Below, one piece after another: positions 35,799 to 45,939 of a DNA stretch of 64,000 nt (its first letter is position 1; each line of letters begins with the position of its first letter). Source of the DNA: an uncultured Clostridiaceae bacterium (GTDB taxonomy: Bacteria > Bacillota > Clostridia > TANB77 > CAG-465); contig CANCXL010000008.1 in the NCBI GenBank assembly GCA_947381905.1, forward strand, positions 2,037 to 66,036, read 5' to 3'. Below the pieces are notes generated by a model. It ran no database searches, had not been told where the DNA came from, and saw only the letters and a program-made list of their open reading frames with translations. A program made the position numbers and the translations under genes.

Positions 35799-37036
35799 TG
35801 AAAGTAATAGTTATTGGTGGCGGAGCTGCTGGCATGATGGCTGCAGTTACAAGTGCTAAAGAAGGAAATAGTGTTACTTTAATTGAGAAAACATCATCTT
35901 TGGGAAATAAGATAAAGATTACTGGTAAAGGAAGATGTAATGTAACTTTTGATGGAGATATAGATGATTTTAAAAGAAATATTATAAGAAATAATAAATT
36001 TATGTATAGCTCTTTTATGAATTTTTCAAATAGAGATACAGTAGAATATTTTAATATGCTAGGAGTAGATACAAAAGTCGAAAGAGGTGCAAGAATATTT
36101 CCTGTATCAGATAAAGCAATAGATATTGTAAATGCGCTAAAAAATGATTTAAAAAGACATAATGTAGATGTTATACTTAATACAGCTTTAAAAGATCTCA
36201 TTATTGAAAATAATATTGTTAAAGGAATCGTTACAAATAATGACATTAAGATGTATGCAGACAAAGTAATTCTTTGTACAGGTGGAATAAGCTATAAAAA
36301 TACCGGAAGTAGTGGTGAGTGCTTTAATATTTTAAAGAAATATGGGCACAATATTATAGACTTAAAAGGCGGACTAGTACCTCTTACATCTAAAGATGAA
36401 GTTTGTAAAAAATTACAAGGATTAACTTTAAGAAATGTAGGTTTTAAAATAGTTGTAGAAGGAAAAGAAATATATAATAGTTTTGGCGAAATGTTATTTG
36501 CTCATTTTGGAATTACAGGACCAATTGTTTTAAGTGGTAGTAGCATTTTAAATAGAATAGAAAATGTAAATGAAAAACTTGAATTAGATAAAGTTTATGG
36601 AGTTATAGACCTAAAACCTGCTTTAAGTATGGAGGTTTTAGACAAAAGAATACAAAGAGATTTTGAAAAGTATATGAATAAAGAATTTAAAAATGGTCTT
36701 ATAGACTTATTACCTCAAAAACTAATACCTGTAATAGTAGAAAAGAGTGATATAAATCCAGATAAGAAAATACATCAAGTAACAAAACAAGAAAGATTAA
36801 AATTATTAGATTTAATAAAGAATTTTAAGGTAAATATCAAAGGATTTATGCCTACAGATATAGCTATAATTACATGCGGAGGAGTAGATGTAAAACAGAT
36901 AAATCCTAAAACAATGGAATCTAAAGTAATAAATAATTTATATCTTGCTGGTGAAGTTTTAGATGTAGATGCATTAACAGGAGGATTTAATTTGCAAATA
37001 GCTTTTTCAACAGCTGTTGCAGCTGGCAAAAATTAA
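35798..37036 (+). CDS. HI0933/BaiN-like FAD-dependent oxidoreductase
   Basis: VIVIGGGAAGMMAA dinucleotide-binding motif, GKGRCNVT, and C-terminal GGFNLQ motifs. Confidence 0.85.
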   Translation: MKVIVIGGGAAGMMAAVTSAKEGNSVTLIEKTSSLGNKIKITGKGRCNVTFDGDIDDFKRNIIRNNKFMYSSFMNFSNRDTVEYFNMLGVDTKVERGARIFPVSDKAIDIVNALKNDLKRHNVDVILNTALKDLIIENNIVKGIVTNNDIKMYADKVILCTGGISYKNTGSSGECFNILKKYGHNIIDLKGGLVPLTSKDEVCKKLQGLTLRNVGFKIVVEGKEIYNSFGEMLFAHFGITGPIVLSGSSILNRIENVNEKLELDKVYGVIDLKPALSMEVLDKRIQRDFEKYMNKEFKNGLIDLLPQKLIPVIVEKSDINPDKKIHQVTKQERLKLLDLIKNFKVNIKGFMPTDIAIITCGGVDVKQINPKTMESKVINNLYLAGEVLDVDALTGGFNLQIAFSTAVAAGKN

Positions 37037-37050
37037 GGAGGATTGTTAAT

Positions 37051-38217
37051 ATGGAAGAAAATGAAGATAAAGGAATAGTAAATGTTTCATATGTATCTGA
37101 AAAGAAAAAGAGTAAAATACCACAAATAATGATATATATAATACTAGTTATATTTGTATCAATATTAAGCTCTCTTGCAACATATTTTTTAGTTACAAAA
37201 GGAAACGGTTTTAAGCTTACAGGTTCAAATAATACAACATATAATGTTGAAAATGTAGAAAATCCAGTAGTTGCAGTAGCACAGATTGCAGGACCATCTG
37301 TTGTTGGTGTTAGTGTTTCATATTTAGAACAAAGTTTTTTTGGTTCACTTGAAGAGGGAGAATCTGAAGGCTCTGGAATTATTTATTCTGAAGATGGATA
37401 TATAATTACAAATTATCATGTAATAGAGGATGCATTAAATTCATCTAGTGCAACTGTAAAAATTACTTTATCAAATGAAGAAGAGTATGAAGCTGAGATT
37501 ATTGGCTCAGACCAAGTAACAGACTTAGCGTTATTAAAAATAGAAAAAGATGGACTTACTGCTGCTAAATTTGGAAAATCAGAAAAATTAAATGTAGGCG
37601 AACTTGCTGTTGCAATAGGAAATCCTTTAGGAAAAGAATTTGCAGGAAGTGTAACTGTAGGATATATTTCTGCGTTAAATAGAACAATAACAAGTGATGG
37701 AAGAACATATAATGTTATCCAAACTGATGCTGCAATTAATCCCGGAAATAGTGGTGGAGCACTAGTAAATGCAAAAGGAGAAGTAATTGGTATAAATACA
37801 GCAAAAATCAATGATACATCTGTAGAAGGATTGGGGTTTGCTATACCAAGCGATGATGCGTTAACAATTATAGAAGAGCTTAAAGTCTCTGGAAAGATAA
37901 TTAGACCATATATAGGAATCTATGGTATAGATTTAGATGAAATGACAGCAAAGAGAAACAAATTAGTTGAAGGAGTATATGTTTACCAAATATATAATGG
38001 CTCACCTGCACAACAAGCTGGAATTCAAAAAGGCGATATTATAGTTGAATTCGATGGAAAGAAAATTACAACAAAGCAAGAATTAAATGATATAAAAAAT
38101 TCTAAAAAGATTGGTGATACTATAAAAGTAAAAGTATATCGTTTAGGCGAATATAAAGAAGGCGAGATTGTTCTTGGTAGTGATGAAGAAACATATAGTG
38201 GCTCAGTAACAAATTAG
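37051..38217 (+). CDS. HtrA/DegP-family serine protease with a PDZ domain
   Basis: TM anchor; catalytic TNYHV, DLALLK and GNSGGAL motifs; C-terminal PDZ-like region. Confidence 0.85.
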   Translation: MEENEDKGIVNVSYVSEKKKSKIPQIMIYIILVIFVSILSSLATYFLVTKGNGFKLTGSNNTTYNVENVENPVVAVAQIAGPSVVGVSVSYLEQSFFGSLEEGESEGSGIIYSEDGYIITNYHVIEDALNSSSATVKITLSNEEEYEAEIIGSDQVTDLALLKIEKDGLTAAKFGKSEKLNVGELAVAIGNPLGKEFAGSVTVGYISALNRTITSDGRTYNVIQTDAAINPGNSGGALVNAKGEVIGINTAKINDTSVEGLGFAIPSDDALTIIEELKVSGKIIRPYIGIYGIDLDEMTAKRNKLVEGVYVYQIYNGSPAQQAGIQKGDIIVEFDGKKITTKQELNDIKNSKKIGDTIKVKVYRLGEYKEGEIVLGSDEETYSGSVTN

Positions 38218-38224
38218 TATAAAT

Positions 38225-38260
38225 GAGAATAGGTAATATTATTTACCTATTCTTTTTTTA
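38225..38260 (+). terminator. Intrinsic terminator
   Basis: GAGAATAGGTAA / TTTACCTATTC stem plus TTTTTTT. Confidence 0.75.
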
Positions 38261-38412
38261 TAATCGCCGTTGTATTATGTAAAATTAACCTTATGTGTTG
38301 CTTTTAATAGACAATTAGTGTATAATTAGTGTGCTTAATAATATTTAATATAGTTTAAATTTAAACTATAAGCAACATTGGGAAAAAAATTATAGAAGGA
38401 GGAGATATTTCT

Positions 38413-39699
38413 ATGAAAGGAATATTCAAAATTATTTTAAGTTTAGTAATTATAGCATTACTTATAATTATTGGAGCACTAATATGGACAAACTATTTTG
38501 CAGAACCAGAAATGCCAAATTTAAAGCAAGAAATGGTAGAATACAAAAAGATAAATAACTATGAAGAAGAAACAGAGAGTTATTTGATTAAATCTTCTAA
38601 AATTGATGCAGATGATTTTATAAATCTATCTGTAAACAGTTTTGTAGATGAAAAAATAGTAGAATTTAAAAAGGATAATTCATCACAAAGTAAAATTTTA
38701 CCAAGAGATAAAGCTGTTTTTAAGAACGTTATTGATACATTTATTGTAAATGAGAATATTGTAAGTGTAAAAGTCACTATTATGCAAAAGGGTATTGAAA
38801 AAGAAAATTATGATACACAAATACAAACATATAATTTTTATTTAAAGGATAAAGTTAATATTTCTTTAGATTATTTGTTTAATGCTGGATATAAAGAGAA
38901 AATAAAAGATATATATACAGATAAATACCTACTAAAGAATAATAGTATTGAATTTTACAATAATACTCAAAAAAATAACTGTACATATAATATACTTAAA
39001 GAATATGGCAAAAATAAGATTATTACAGCCAAAAACTATGACATTAGCCAGGAAGAGTATGATAAATTGTTTTCTAGAGTAGTAGATCCATCTAGAAAAA
39101 TGGTTGCTATAACTTTAGATGATGGACCACATGGATCTAATACCCAAAAGATATTAGATATTTTAGATGCACATAGTGCTAGAGCAACATTTTTTATGCT
39201 TGGTCAAAATGTAGTTAATAATGAAGGAGTTGTAAAAGACGTATATAGCAGAGGAAATGAAATAGGTATACATACATGGAGTCATCCACAACTTACAAAT
39301 CTTTCTGAAAGTAGTATTAAAAGCCAAATAGAACAAACATCAGATGCAATATATAATGTAACAGGTTATAGACCTACACTTGTTAGACCACCATATGGAT
39401 CATTTAATAAGGTTGTTAAAGATACTCTTAAAGACTATTCTTTAATATTATGGAATATTGATTCTCTAGATTGGAAAAGTAGGGATGAAAACCAAATTGT
39501 TCCTCTTGTTATGAATGATATTCAAGATGGGGATATAATTTTGTTACATGATATACATTCTACAACTGTTCCTGCGGTAGATAAGATAGTGAGTGAGCTA
39601 GATAAACAAGGATATCAAATGGTAACAGTATCAGAACTAATAGAAGCAAAAGGATATAATAGAGAAACTACTCAAGTCTTTTATAGTGGAAGGCAATAA
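38413..39699 (+). CDS. Polysaccharide (peptidoglycan) deacetylase with a NodB domain and an N-terminal extracytoplasmic domain
   Basis: NodB motifs TLDDGP, HTWSHP and RPPYG. Confidence 0.85.
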   Translation: MKGIFKIILSLVIIALLIIIGALIWTNYFAEPEMPNLKQEMVEYKKINNYEEETESYLIKSSKIDADDFINLSVNSFVDEKIVEFKKDNSSQSKILPRDKAVFKNVIDTFIVNENIVSVKVTIMQKGIEKENYDTQIQTYNFYLKDKVNISLDYLFNAGYKEKIKDIYTDKYLLKNNSIEFYNNTQKNNCTYNILKEYGKNKIITAKNYDISQEEYDKLFSRVVDPSRKMVAITLDDGPHGSNTQKILDILDAHSARATFFMLGQNVVNNEGVVKDVYSRGNEIGIHTWSHPQLTNLSESSIKSQIEQTSDAIYNVTGYRPTLVRPPYGSFNKVVKDTLKDYSLILWNIDSLDWKSRDENQIVPLVMNDIQDGDIILLHDIHSTTVPAVDKIVSELDKQGYQMVTVSELIEAKGYNRETTQVFYSGRQ

Positions 39700-39706
39700 T
39701 TTTAAT

Positions 39707-39737
39707 AAGCAAAGATATTTTTCTTTGCTTATTTTTT
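39707..39737 (+). terminator. Intrinsic terminator
   Basis: AAGCAAAGA / TCTTTGCTT stem plus a T-run. Confidence 0.7.
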
Positions 39738-39834
39738 GCTATGTGTTGACATAAAATAAAAACAGTGGTAAAATATTTGAACAACAATGATTAAGCATAT
39801 GATTCTTAAAAATAATTTGTTAGGAGGATTTCTT

Positions 39835-40245
39835 ATGATTAAGAAAAGTATTATATTTTTATGTGTAATCTTTATGTGTTTTATACTAATAGGTTATGGA
39901 GTTAAAGCAAGCAATGTAAGGGCTGAAAATTTAAAAGAGTATAAGGTGTATGAAACAAAAAATGTAACAGAATATATAGATTTTATTAATCAAATGAATA
40001 ATTCAAAAGAATCAGAAATAGTAAAAATAGTATCAAATGAAAATGTTCTAAATGAGAGAGTATTTATGGTGACATATAAACCATATGAGCCAGAGCAAAC
40101 AAAGTATAAGTATAACTTTATAAATATAGATGGACAAGAAAAATATTTATCTGCATTAGAAAATTTAGAAGAAAAATATGAAATAATTGATGTATTTTCA
40201 AACGACTATAAAAGTTTCTATATAACATATAGAGAAAAAATATAA
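39835..40245 (+). CDS. Hypothetical secreted protein (136 aa)
   Basis: ATG at 39835 follows AGGAGG; signal-peptide-like N-terminus. Confidence 0.5.
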   Translation: MIKKSIIFLCVIFMCFILIGYGVKASNVRAENLKEYKVYETKNVTEYIDFINQMNNSKESEIVKIVSNENVLNERVFMVTYKPYEPEQTKYKYNFINIDGQEKYLSALENLEEKYEIIDVFSNDYKSFYITYREKI

Positions 40246-40382
40246 CACAAGAAAAGTTTTAGTTCACAAATAGTGAATTAAAACTTTTTCTTTTTCTTTT
40301 TCTTTGACATTAAAAAGAGTATGCTATCCTTTGATTTATTATATTATTTAGTGTATAATAAAAGAAGTTTGAGGAGATAGAT

Positions 40383-42353
40383 ATGGCAAAAAAAGTGATA
40401 ATAACAGAAAAACCAAGTGTTGCAATGGAATTTGCTAAAGCTTTAAAAATAAATACAAACAGAAAAGATGGATATATTGAATCAGATGAGTGGATAATAA
40501 CATGGTGTGTTGGTCATTTAGTTACAATGAGTTATCCAGAAGTTTATGATGAAAAACTTAAAGTATGGAGACTTGACACATTACCTTTCTTACCACAAGA
40601 ATGGAAATATGAAATTATAAATAATGTTTCTAAACAGTTTAATATTGTTAAAAGTCTACTTCAAAGAGAAGATGTAGAAATTATATATAATGCAGGAGAC
40701 TCTGGACGTGAGGGAGAATATATACAGCGTTTGGTTTTTATGATGGCCAAACCTAATCCTAATGCCGAGTTAAAAAGGGTATGGATAGATTCACAAACAG
40801 AAGAAGAAATTCTAAGAGGAATAAGAGAGGCAAAAGATATATCAGAATATGATAGTTTATCTGATGCAGCATATTTAAGAGCAAAAGAGGATTATTTAAT
40901 TGGCATAAACTTTTCAAGGCTTGTATCTCTTACTTATGCTAAAAATTTAGCAAAAGCAATGAATGAAGATAGAGCTGTTATTTCAATAGGAAGAGTAATG
41001 ACTTGTGTACTAGGTCTTATCGTATCAAGAGAAAGAGAGATACGAAACTTTAAAAAAGTTAATTTTTATAAAATTCAAGGAAATTTCATTAAAAATGCTG
41101 AAATCATTGGTAATTTTAAGGCAGTAGAAGGTTCAACTGTATTTGAATCACCAAGATTATATAATGAGACAGGGTTTAAGAAGAAAGAGGATGCACAAAA
41201 GTTTATAGATTTTTTAAATAAGAATGATAATGCAGTTGTTGAGAGCATAAGTAAGAAAAAAGTAAAAGAAAATGCTCCATTGTTATTTAACCTTGCTGAG
41301 GCACAAAGTGAATGCACTAAAAAATTTAAAATTAGTCCAGATAAAACTTTAGAGATTATTCAAAGTTTATATGAAAAAAAGCTTGTAACATATCCAAGAA
41401 CAGATGCAAGGGTTTTATCTAGTGCAGTGGCAAAAGTTATAACTAAAAATTTAAACGGTATTGCAAAGTTAAAGATTAGTCCACAAATTGATGAAATTAT
41501 AAAAAAAATGTCTGAAGAAAAGTATAGTACAAAGCTTGAACGAACAAAATATGTAGATGATAAAAAAATAACAGATCACTATGCTATAATTCCTACAGGA
41601 GAAGGAAAAGAAAATTTAACTAAGCTTACAGAACTAGAAAAAAACATTTATGAGTTAATAGTAAAAAGGTTTTTAGCTATTTTTTATCCTCCAGCTGAAT
41701 ATAATAAGATGTCAATAGTAATAAAAGTTGGTAAGGAAAGCTTTTTTGCAAATGCTAAAGTATGTGTAAATCAAGGTTATCAAGAAATATATGCAAATGA
41801 TAAGGTGATAAAATCGGTAGAAGACGAGGACAAAAAGTTAGATGATGAAGATGAAAATCAAGATAATATAGATGTACTTGCAAAATTAAAAAAAGGTGAT
41901 GTATTAAGTATTAAGAGCTTTGAAATAAAAGAAGGAGAAACAACACCACCTAAAAGATATAAGTCTGGTGATATGATTCTTGCAATGGAAAATGCTGGAA
42001 AGCTTATTGAAGATGAAGAATTAAGAGAACAGATAAAAGGATGTGGAATAGGAACAAGTGCAACTAGAGCAGGGATTATTGAAAAGTTATGTAGAATAAA
42101 CTATATTGCTACTAATTCGAAAACACAAATTCTAACTCCTACTCAAAGAGGAGAACTTGTATATGATATAGTTTTAAAAACTATGCCAGATATGTTAAAT
42201 CCAGAACTTACTGCAAGTTGGGAAAAAGGTTTATCAATGGTAGAACAAAAAGAGATTAGTGCTGATGAATTTATGAATAAGTTAGAAAGTTATGTAAGAA
42301 ATAAAGTTGTAAAATTTAAAAAAACTAGAAATGAGTATTTGTATGGGTTTTAA
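40383..42353 (+). CDS. topB: DNA topoisomerase III (type IA)
   Basis: TOPRIM N-terminus VIITEKPS...WCVGHL, DSGREGE, and the active-site region TYPRTD. Confidence 0.85.
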   Translation: MAKKVIITEKPSVAMEFAKALKINTNRKDGYIESDEWIITWCVGHLVTMSYPEVYDEKLKVWRLDTLPFLPQEWKYEIINNVSKQFNIVKSLLQREDVEIIYNAGDSGREGEYIQRLVFMMAKPNPNAELKRVWIDSQTEEEILRGIREAKDISEYDSLSDAAYLRAKEDYLIGINFSRLVSLTYAKNLAKAMNEDRAVISIGRVMTCVLGLIVSREREIRNFKKVNFYKIQGNFIKNAEIIGNFKAVEGSTVFESPRLYNETGFKKKEDAQKFIDFLNKNDNAVVESISKKKVKENAPLLFNLAEAQSECTKKFKISPDKTLEIIQSLYEKKLVTYPRTDARVLSSAVAKVITKNLNGIAKLKISPQIDEIIKKMSEEKYSTKLERTKYVDDKKITDHYAIIPTGEGKENLTKLTELEKNIYELIVKRFLAIFYPPAEYNKMSIVIKVGKESFFANAKVCVNQGYQEIYANDKVIKSVEDEDKKLDDEDENQDNIDVLAKLKKGDVLSIKSFEIKEGETTPPKRYKSGDMILAMENAGKLIEDEELREQIKGCGIGTSATRAGIIEKLCRINYIATNSKTQILTPTQRGELVYDIVLKTMPDMLNPELTASWEKGLSMVEQKEISADEFMNKLESYVRNKVVKFKKTRNEYLYGF

Positions 42354-42418
42354 TTATTGCTTTTTTACAATTTTAATGTATAATTATAATATGAGTGAAT
42401 TTTAAAGGAGAGAATAAT

Positions 42419-42967
42419 ATGGAATATCAAGAAATTGAAGATAAGATGCAAAAAGCTGTTGATTATTTATGCGAAGAATTAATGGGAATAAGAGCTGGAA
42501 GAGCAAATCCTGCAATTTTAAATAAAGTAACAGTAGAATATTATGGAGTTCAAACTCCACTTAATCAAGTAGGTGCAATTTCTGTACCAGAAGCTAGACA
42601 AATTTTAATCACACCATGGGATAGATCATTACTTGGTGCTATTACAAAAGCAATACAAGTAGCAGAAATTGGAGTAAATCCAATAAACGATGGAAATGGA
42701 GTAAGATTAACATTCCCAGAGTTAAATGAAGAAAGAAGAAAACAATTAGTAAAAGAAGTTAAGTCTCTTGGTGAAGATACAAAAGTTGCTGTAAGAAATC
42801 TAAGAAGAGATGGAATAGACGAAGCGAAAAAACTAAAAAATAATAACGAAATGACTGAAGATGAATTAAAAGCAGCAGAAGAAAAAATTCAAAAAATTAC
42901 AGATAAGTATGTTGCAAAAATTGATTCTATAGTTGCAGATAAAGAAAAAGAGGTTATGGAAGTATAA
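42419..42967 (+). CDS. frr: Ribosome recycling factor
   Basis: GIRAGRANPAIL, VPEARQILITPWD and RNLRRD motifs. ATG at 42419 follows AAGGAGAG. Confidence 0.9.
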   Translation: MEYQEIEDKMQKAVDYLCEELMGIRAGRANPAILNKVTVEYYGVQTPLNQVGAISVPEARQILITPWDRSLLGAITKAIQVAEIGVNPINDGNGVRLTFPELNEERRKQLVKEVKSLGEDTKVAVRNLRRDGIDEAKKLKNNNEMTEDELKAAEEKIQKITDKYVAKIDSIVADKEKEVMEV

Positions 42968-42984
42968 AAAGAAGGAGAATATAA

Positions 42985-43809
42985 GTGAAAGAAGGATTTA
43001 AAAGAATAACAACTGGAGCTTTATTCATGGCAACATTATTACTTGTACTTTTTCTTAATAATAGTATTGTAGATACTATATTTGTTACGCTACTTTCAGT
43101 TGCAGGAATATATGAGTATAATAAATGCTTTAAAGCCAAAGGATATAATCCAATATCAATAGTTGGATATCTAAGTTGTTTAATAATACCACTTTTAGGT
43201 AATGTTAGTTCCCTAGTAATATCTAAAGTATTAATTGTTTCAATACCAATATTACTTGTGATAATGTTTGGGTACATTGTTGTAAAGAAATTAGAAGTTA
43301 CTGTTGTTGATATATCTATTACAGTTTTTTCTGTTGTATATGTACCTTTTCTATTTTCTTTTATAAAGTTGTTATTATTGCAACCACATGGCAGAGTGTA
43401 TGCAATACTTGCTTTTGGAATATCAGTAGCAACAGATACATTTGCATATGAAATAGGACATAGATTTGGAAAACACAAACTTTCGCCAACAGTTAGTCCT
43501 AAAAAGAGTATTGAGGGTTCAGTTGCAGGAATTATAGCTGCTATGATTGCAGTATGTATAATATGTATAATTACTAATACATATTTTAATACAGAATTTA
43601 ATATAATAATAATGACTATATTGGCTGCTGTGTTAAGTATTGTTGGTCAAATTGGAGACCTTGCGGCGTCGGCTGTAAAGAGATTTTGTGGTCAAAAAGA
43701 TTTTAGTAAATTATTGCCAGGGCATGGCGGAATATTAGATAGATTTGATAGTGTAATGTTTATAGCTCCAATGCTATATATATGCTTATACTTAATTAGT
43801 CTAATATAA
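42985..43809 (+). CDS. cdsA: Phosphatidate cytidylyltransferase
   Basis: Polytopic membrane protein with the C-terminal signature SAVKRFCGQKDFSKLLPGHGGILDRFDS. Confidence 0.85.
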   Translation: MKEGFKRITTGALFMATLLLVLFLNNSIVDTIFVTLLSVAGIYEYNKCFKAKGYNPISIVGYLSCLIIPLLGNVSSLVISKVLIVSIPILLVIMFGYIVVKKLEVTVVDISITVFSVVYVPFLFSFIKLLLLQPHGRVYAILAFGISVATDTFAYEIGHRFGKHKLSPTVSPKKSIEGSVAGIIAAMIAVCIICIITNTYFNTEFNIIIMTILAAVLSIVGQIGDLAASAVKRFCGQKDFSKLLPGHGGILDRFDSVMFIAPMLYICLYLISLI

Positions 43810-43822
43810 GGAGGAAATATAA

Positions 43823-45121
43823 TTGATAAGTTTTTTAATAACTATAATAAAACTACTAGCAATTATTTTAGCTGTTGCTACATTTCATGAGTTTGGACAT
43901 TTTCTTGCATGTAAATTGCAAGGTGTTGGAGTTGATGAATTTTCAGTTGGTTTTGGTCCAAAAATATTTCAAAAAAAATATAAGGGAACAATGTATTCTT
44001 TAAGATGGCTTCCTCTTGGAGGATATTGTGCAATTGAAGGTGAAGAGCAAACAGATGCAAATAAAGATAGTAAATCATCGTATCAAAATAGAAATGCATT
44101 GCAAAAAATAATAATATTATCTATGGGTGTTATATTTAATTTTATATTAGCACTTGTAGTATTTATATGTGTGTATCTTCCAGGATATGTAGCTACAACA
44201 CAGATAGATAGTTTAAGACCCGATTCAGTATTAATTGAAGCTGGACTTCAAGCTGGAGATAAGATAGTATCAATAGATGGTAAAAAAGTAGAACTAAATT
44301 CGCAAATATCTAATTTTACTTTACCAAAAGGAATAACAGACTGTCAAATGGAATATGAAAGAGATGGTCAAATTTATACTACTACTGTAAAGGGTGCACA
44401 AACAATAGAAGGAAAAATAGGTATAAACTTTGAGACAGCAATAAAAAAAGAAAAAGATGAAAGTGGCAATGAAGTAGAAGTACCTTATACAACTAATATT
44501 GTTCAACTTACAGGAGCTGGATCTAGTGCTGCTAAAGTAGGAGTAAAAGCTGGAGATATAATACTTGCAGTAGATAATGTTTCTACACCTGATGCTTTAA
44601 GTATAATAGATAATATTAAAGATAAAGCAGAACAAGAAATAACATTAAAGGTTCAAAGAAATGATGAAATAATAGATTTTAAGATTGTACCACAATCAAC
44701 TGAAGTATTTGATCTTGGAATTCAAACAATAAAAACTACTAAATCAAATATTAAATATGCATTTATTGAAACAGTACAAAATATTTCTAATGTAATTGGT
44801 TCATATACTAAATTGTTTACAGGAAAGGTTTCTCTTTCTAACATGTCAGGAATAGTTGGAATTGGTGAAGTTGTATCAAAAAGTTCTGGAATAGAGAATT
44901 TCTTCTATTTAATGGCAATGATTAGTATGGCGGTTGGAGTAGCAAATATTTTACCATTCCCACCACTAGATGGAGGAAAAATTGTTATTGTATTAATAGA
45001 GGCAATAAGAAGAAAAAAAGTATCAGAAAAATTTGAGATTGGTATATCATATTTAGGTCTTGGATTATTACTTGCTTTAACATTCTTTGTAACTATTAAA
45101 GATATAATAAGAATTATATAG
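43823..45121 (+). CDS. rseP: RIP (site-2) zinc metalloprotease RseP/YluC with PDZ domains
   Basis: HEFGH motif in TM1, PDZ-like regions, and a C-terminal NILPFPPLDGG motif. Confidence 0.85.
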   Translation: MISFLITIIKLLAIILAVATFHEFGHFLACKLQGVGVDEFSVGFGPKIFQKKYKGTMYSLRWLPLGGYCAIEGEEQTDANKDSKSSYQNRNALQKIIILSMGVIFNFILALVVFICVYLPGYVATTQIDSLRPDSVLIEAGLQAGDKIVSIDGKKVELNSQISNFTLPKGITDCQMEYERDGQIYTTTVKGAQTIEGKIGINFETAIKKEKDESGNEVEVPYTTNIVQLTGAGSSAAKVGVKAGDIILAVDNVSTPDALSIIDNIKDKAEQEITLKVQRNDEIIDFKIVPQSTEVFDLGIQTIKTTKSNIKYAFIETVQNISNVIGSYTKLFTGKVSLSNMSGIVGIGEVVSKSSGIENFFYLMAMISMAVGVANILPFPPLDGGKIVIVLIEAIRRKKVSEKFEIGISYLGLGLLLALTFFVTIKDIIRII

Positions 45122-45133
45122 GAGGAGATTATT

Positions 45134-45388
45134 ATGGCTGAATATGTAGTATTAATTTTTGCTGCTATTGCAGTGCTTATAGTTGCTAAGTTACTTGCTT
45201 GGCCATTTAAGCAAATCTTAAAATTAGCTTTTAATGCTATTGGTGGTGTAATACTGATTTTTTTAGTAAATACATTTGGAGCAACAATTGGAATTACCAT
45301 TCCATTTAATATCATAACAGCACTTGTTGCTGGAATACTTGGAATACCAGGTGTAATCATATTAATAGTTATAGGTTTTATAATGTAG
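45134..45388 (+). CDS. bofA: BofA-family inhibitor of pro-sigma-K processing
   Basis: 84 aa with two TM helices and a glycine-rich C-terminal helix (ALVAGILGIPGV), which fits BofA. Confidence 0.65.
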   Translation: MAEYVVLIFAAIAVLIVAKLLAWPFKQILKLAFNAIGGVILIFLVNTFGATIGITIPFNIITALVAGILGIPGVIILIVIGFIM

Positions 45389-45461
45389 TATAAAATAATA
45401 CAAATTAAGACATATTGTATAAAATATTCTAACTTAACCAAAATAAAAATAGGTGAATGTT

Positions 45462-45938
45462 ATGAATAGGAAATATACAATATGTTTTTTTATTATATAT
45501 ATAATTGCAAGCTGTAGTATAGTTATAGCTGCACAAAAGGCAGAAAGTTCTATATCTACTACTAGTCCGTCAGGAGATAATATGGTAGAACTACTTGCAA
45601 GATTAATTAATGGCGAAGCAAGAGGGGAGCCATATATAGGTCAAGTTGCAGTGGGTGCTGTAATAATGAATAGAGTAAAGGATCCATCTTTTCCAAATAC
45701 AATTGCGGGTGTTATTTATCAAGATCAACAATTTTCATCAATACGAGATGGACAATTTGATGTTGCAATTGATGAAGACTCTACTGTATATAAAGCGGCT
45801 CAAGATGCAATGAATGGAATAGACCCTACAAATGGTGCTCTATATTTTTATAATCCTTCAAAAACAAAAAGTAAATGGTTGTTTTCTTTAAAGACTGTAA
45901 CAACAATAGGAAAGCATGTATTTGCATTGGAGGAATAA
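45462..45938 (+). CDS. sleB: SleB/CwlJ-family spore cortex-lytic hydrolase (Hydrolase_2 domain)
   Basis: LLARLINGEARGEPYIGQVAVGAVIMNRV motif; it is followed by ypeB, as in sleB-ypeB operons. Confidence 0.7.
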   Translation: MNRKYTICFFIIYIIASCSIVIAAQKAESSISTTSPSGDNMVELLARLINGEARGEPYIGQVAVGAVIMNRVKDPSFPNTIAGVIYQDQQFSSIRDGQFDVAIDEDSTVYKAAQDAMNGIDPTNGALYFYNPSKTKSKWLFSLKTVTTIGKHVFALEE

Positions 45939-45939
45939 G

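Noticed and set aside
35770-36264. Long antisense ORFs within well-supported genes (35770..36264, 37416..37811, 42954..43478, 44905..45441, 53396..53815, 57161..57544, 58185..58607, 3554..3745 and similar)
   Set aside because: Each lies fully opposite a gene with clear family motifs. They lack an RBS and have low-complexity Ser/Ile/Phe-rich translations, which is typical of the reverse frame of AT-rich coding sequence.
39835-42353. topB plus a hypothetical secreted protein as the edge of a mobile element
   Set aside because: There is no integrase, relaxase, replication gene, flanking direct repeat or tRNA target, and the composition looks like the rest of the window.
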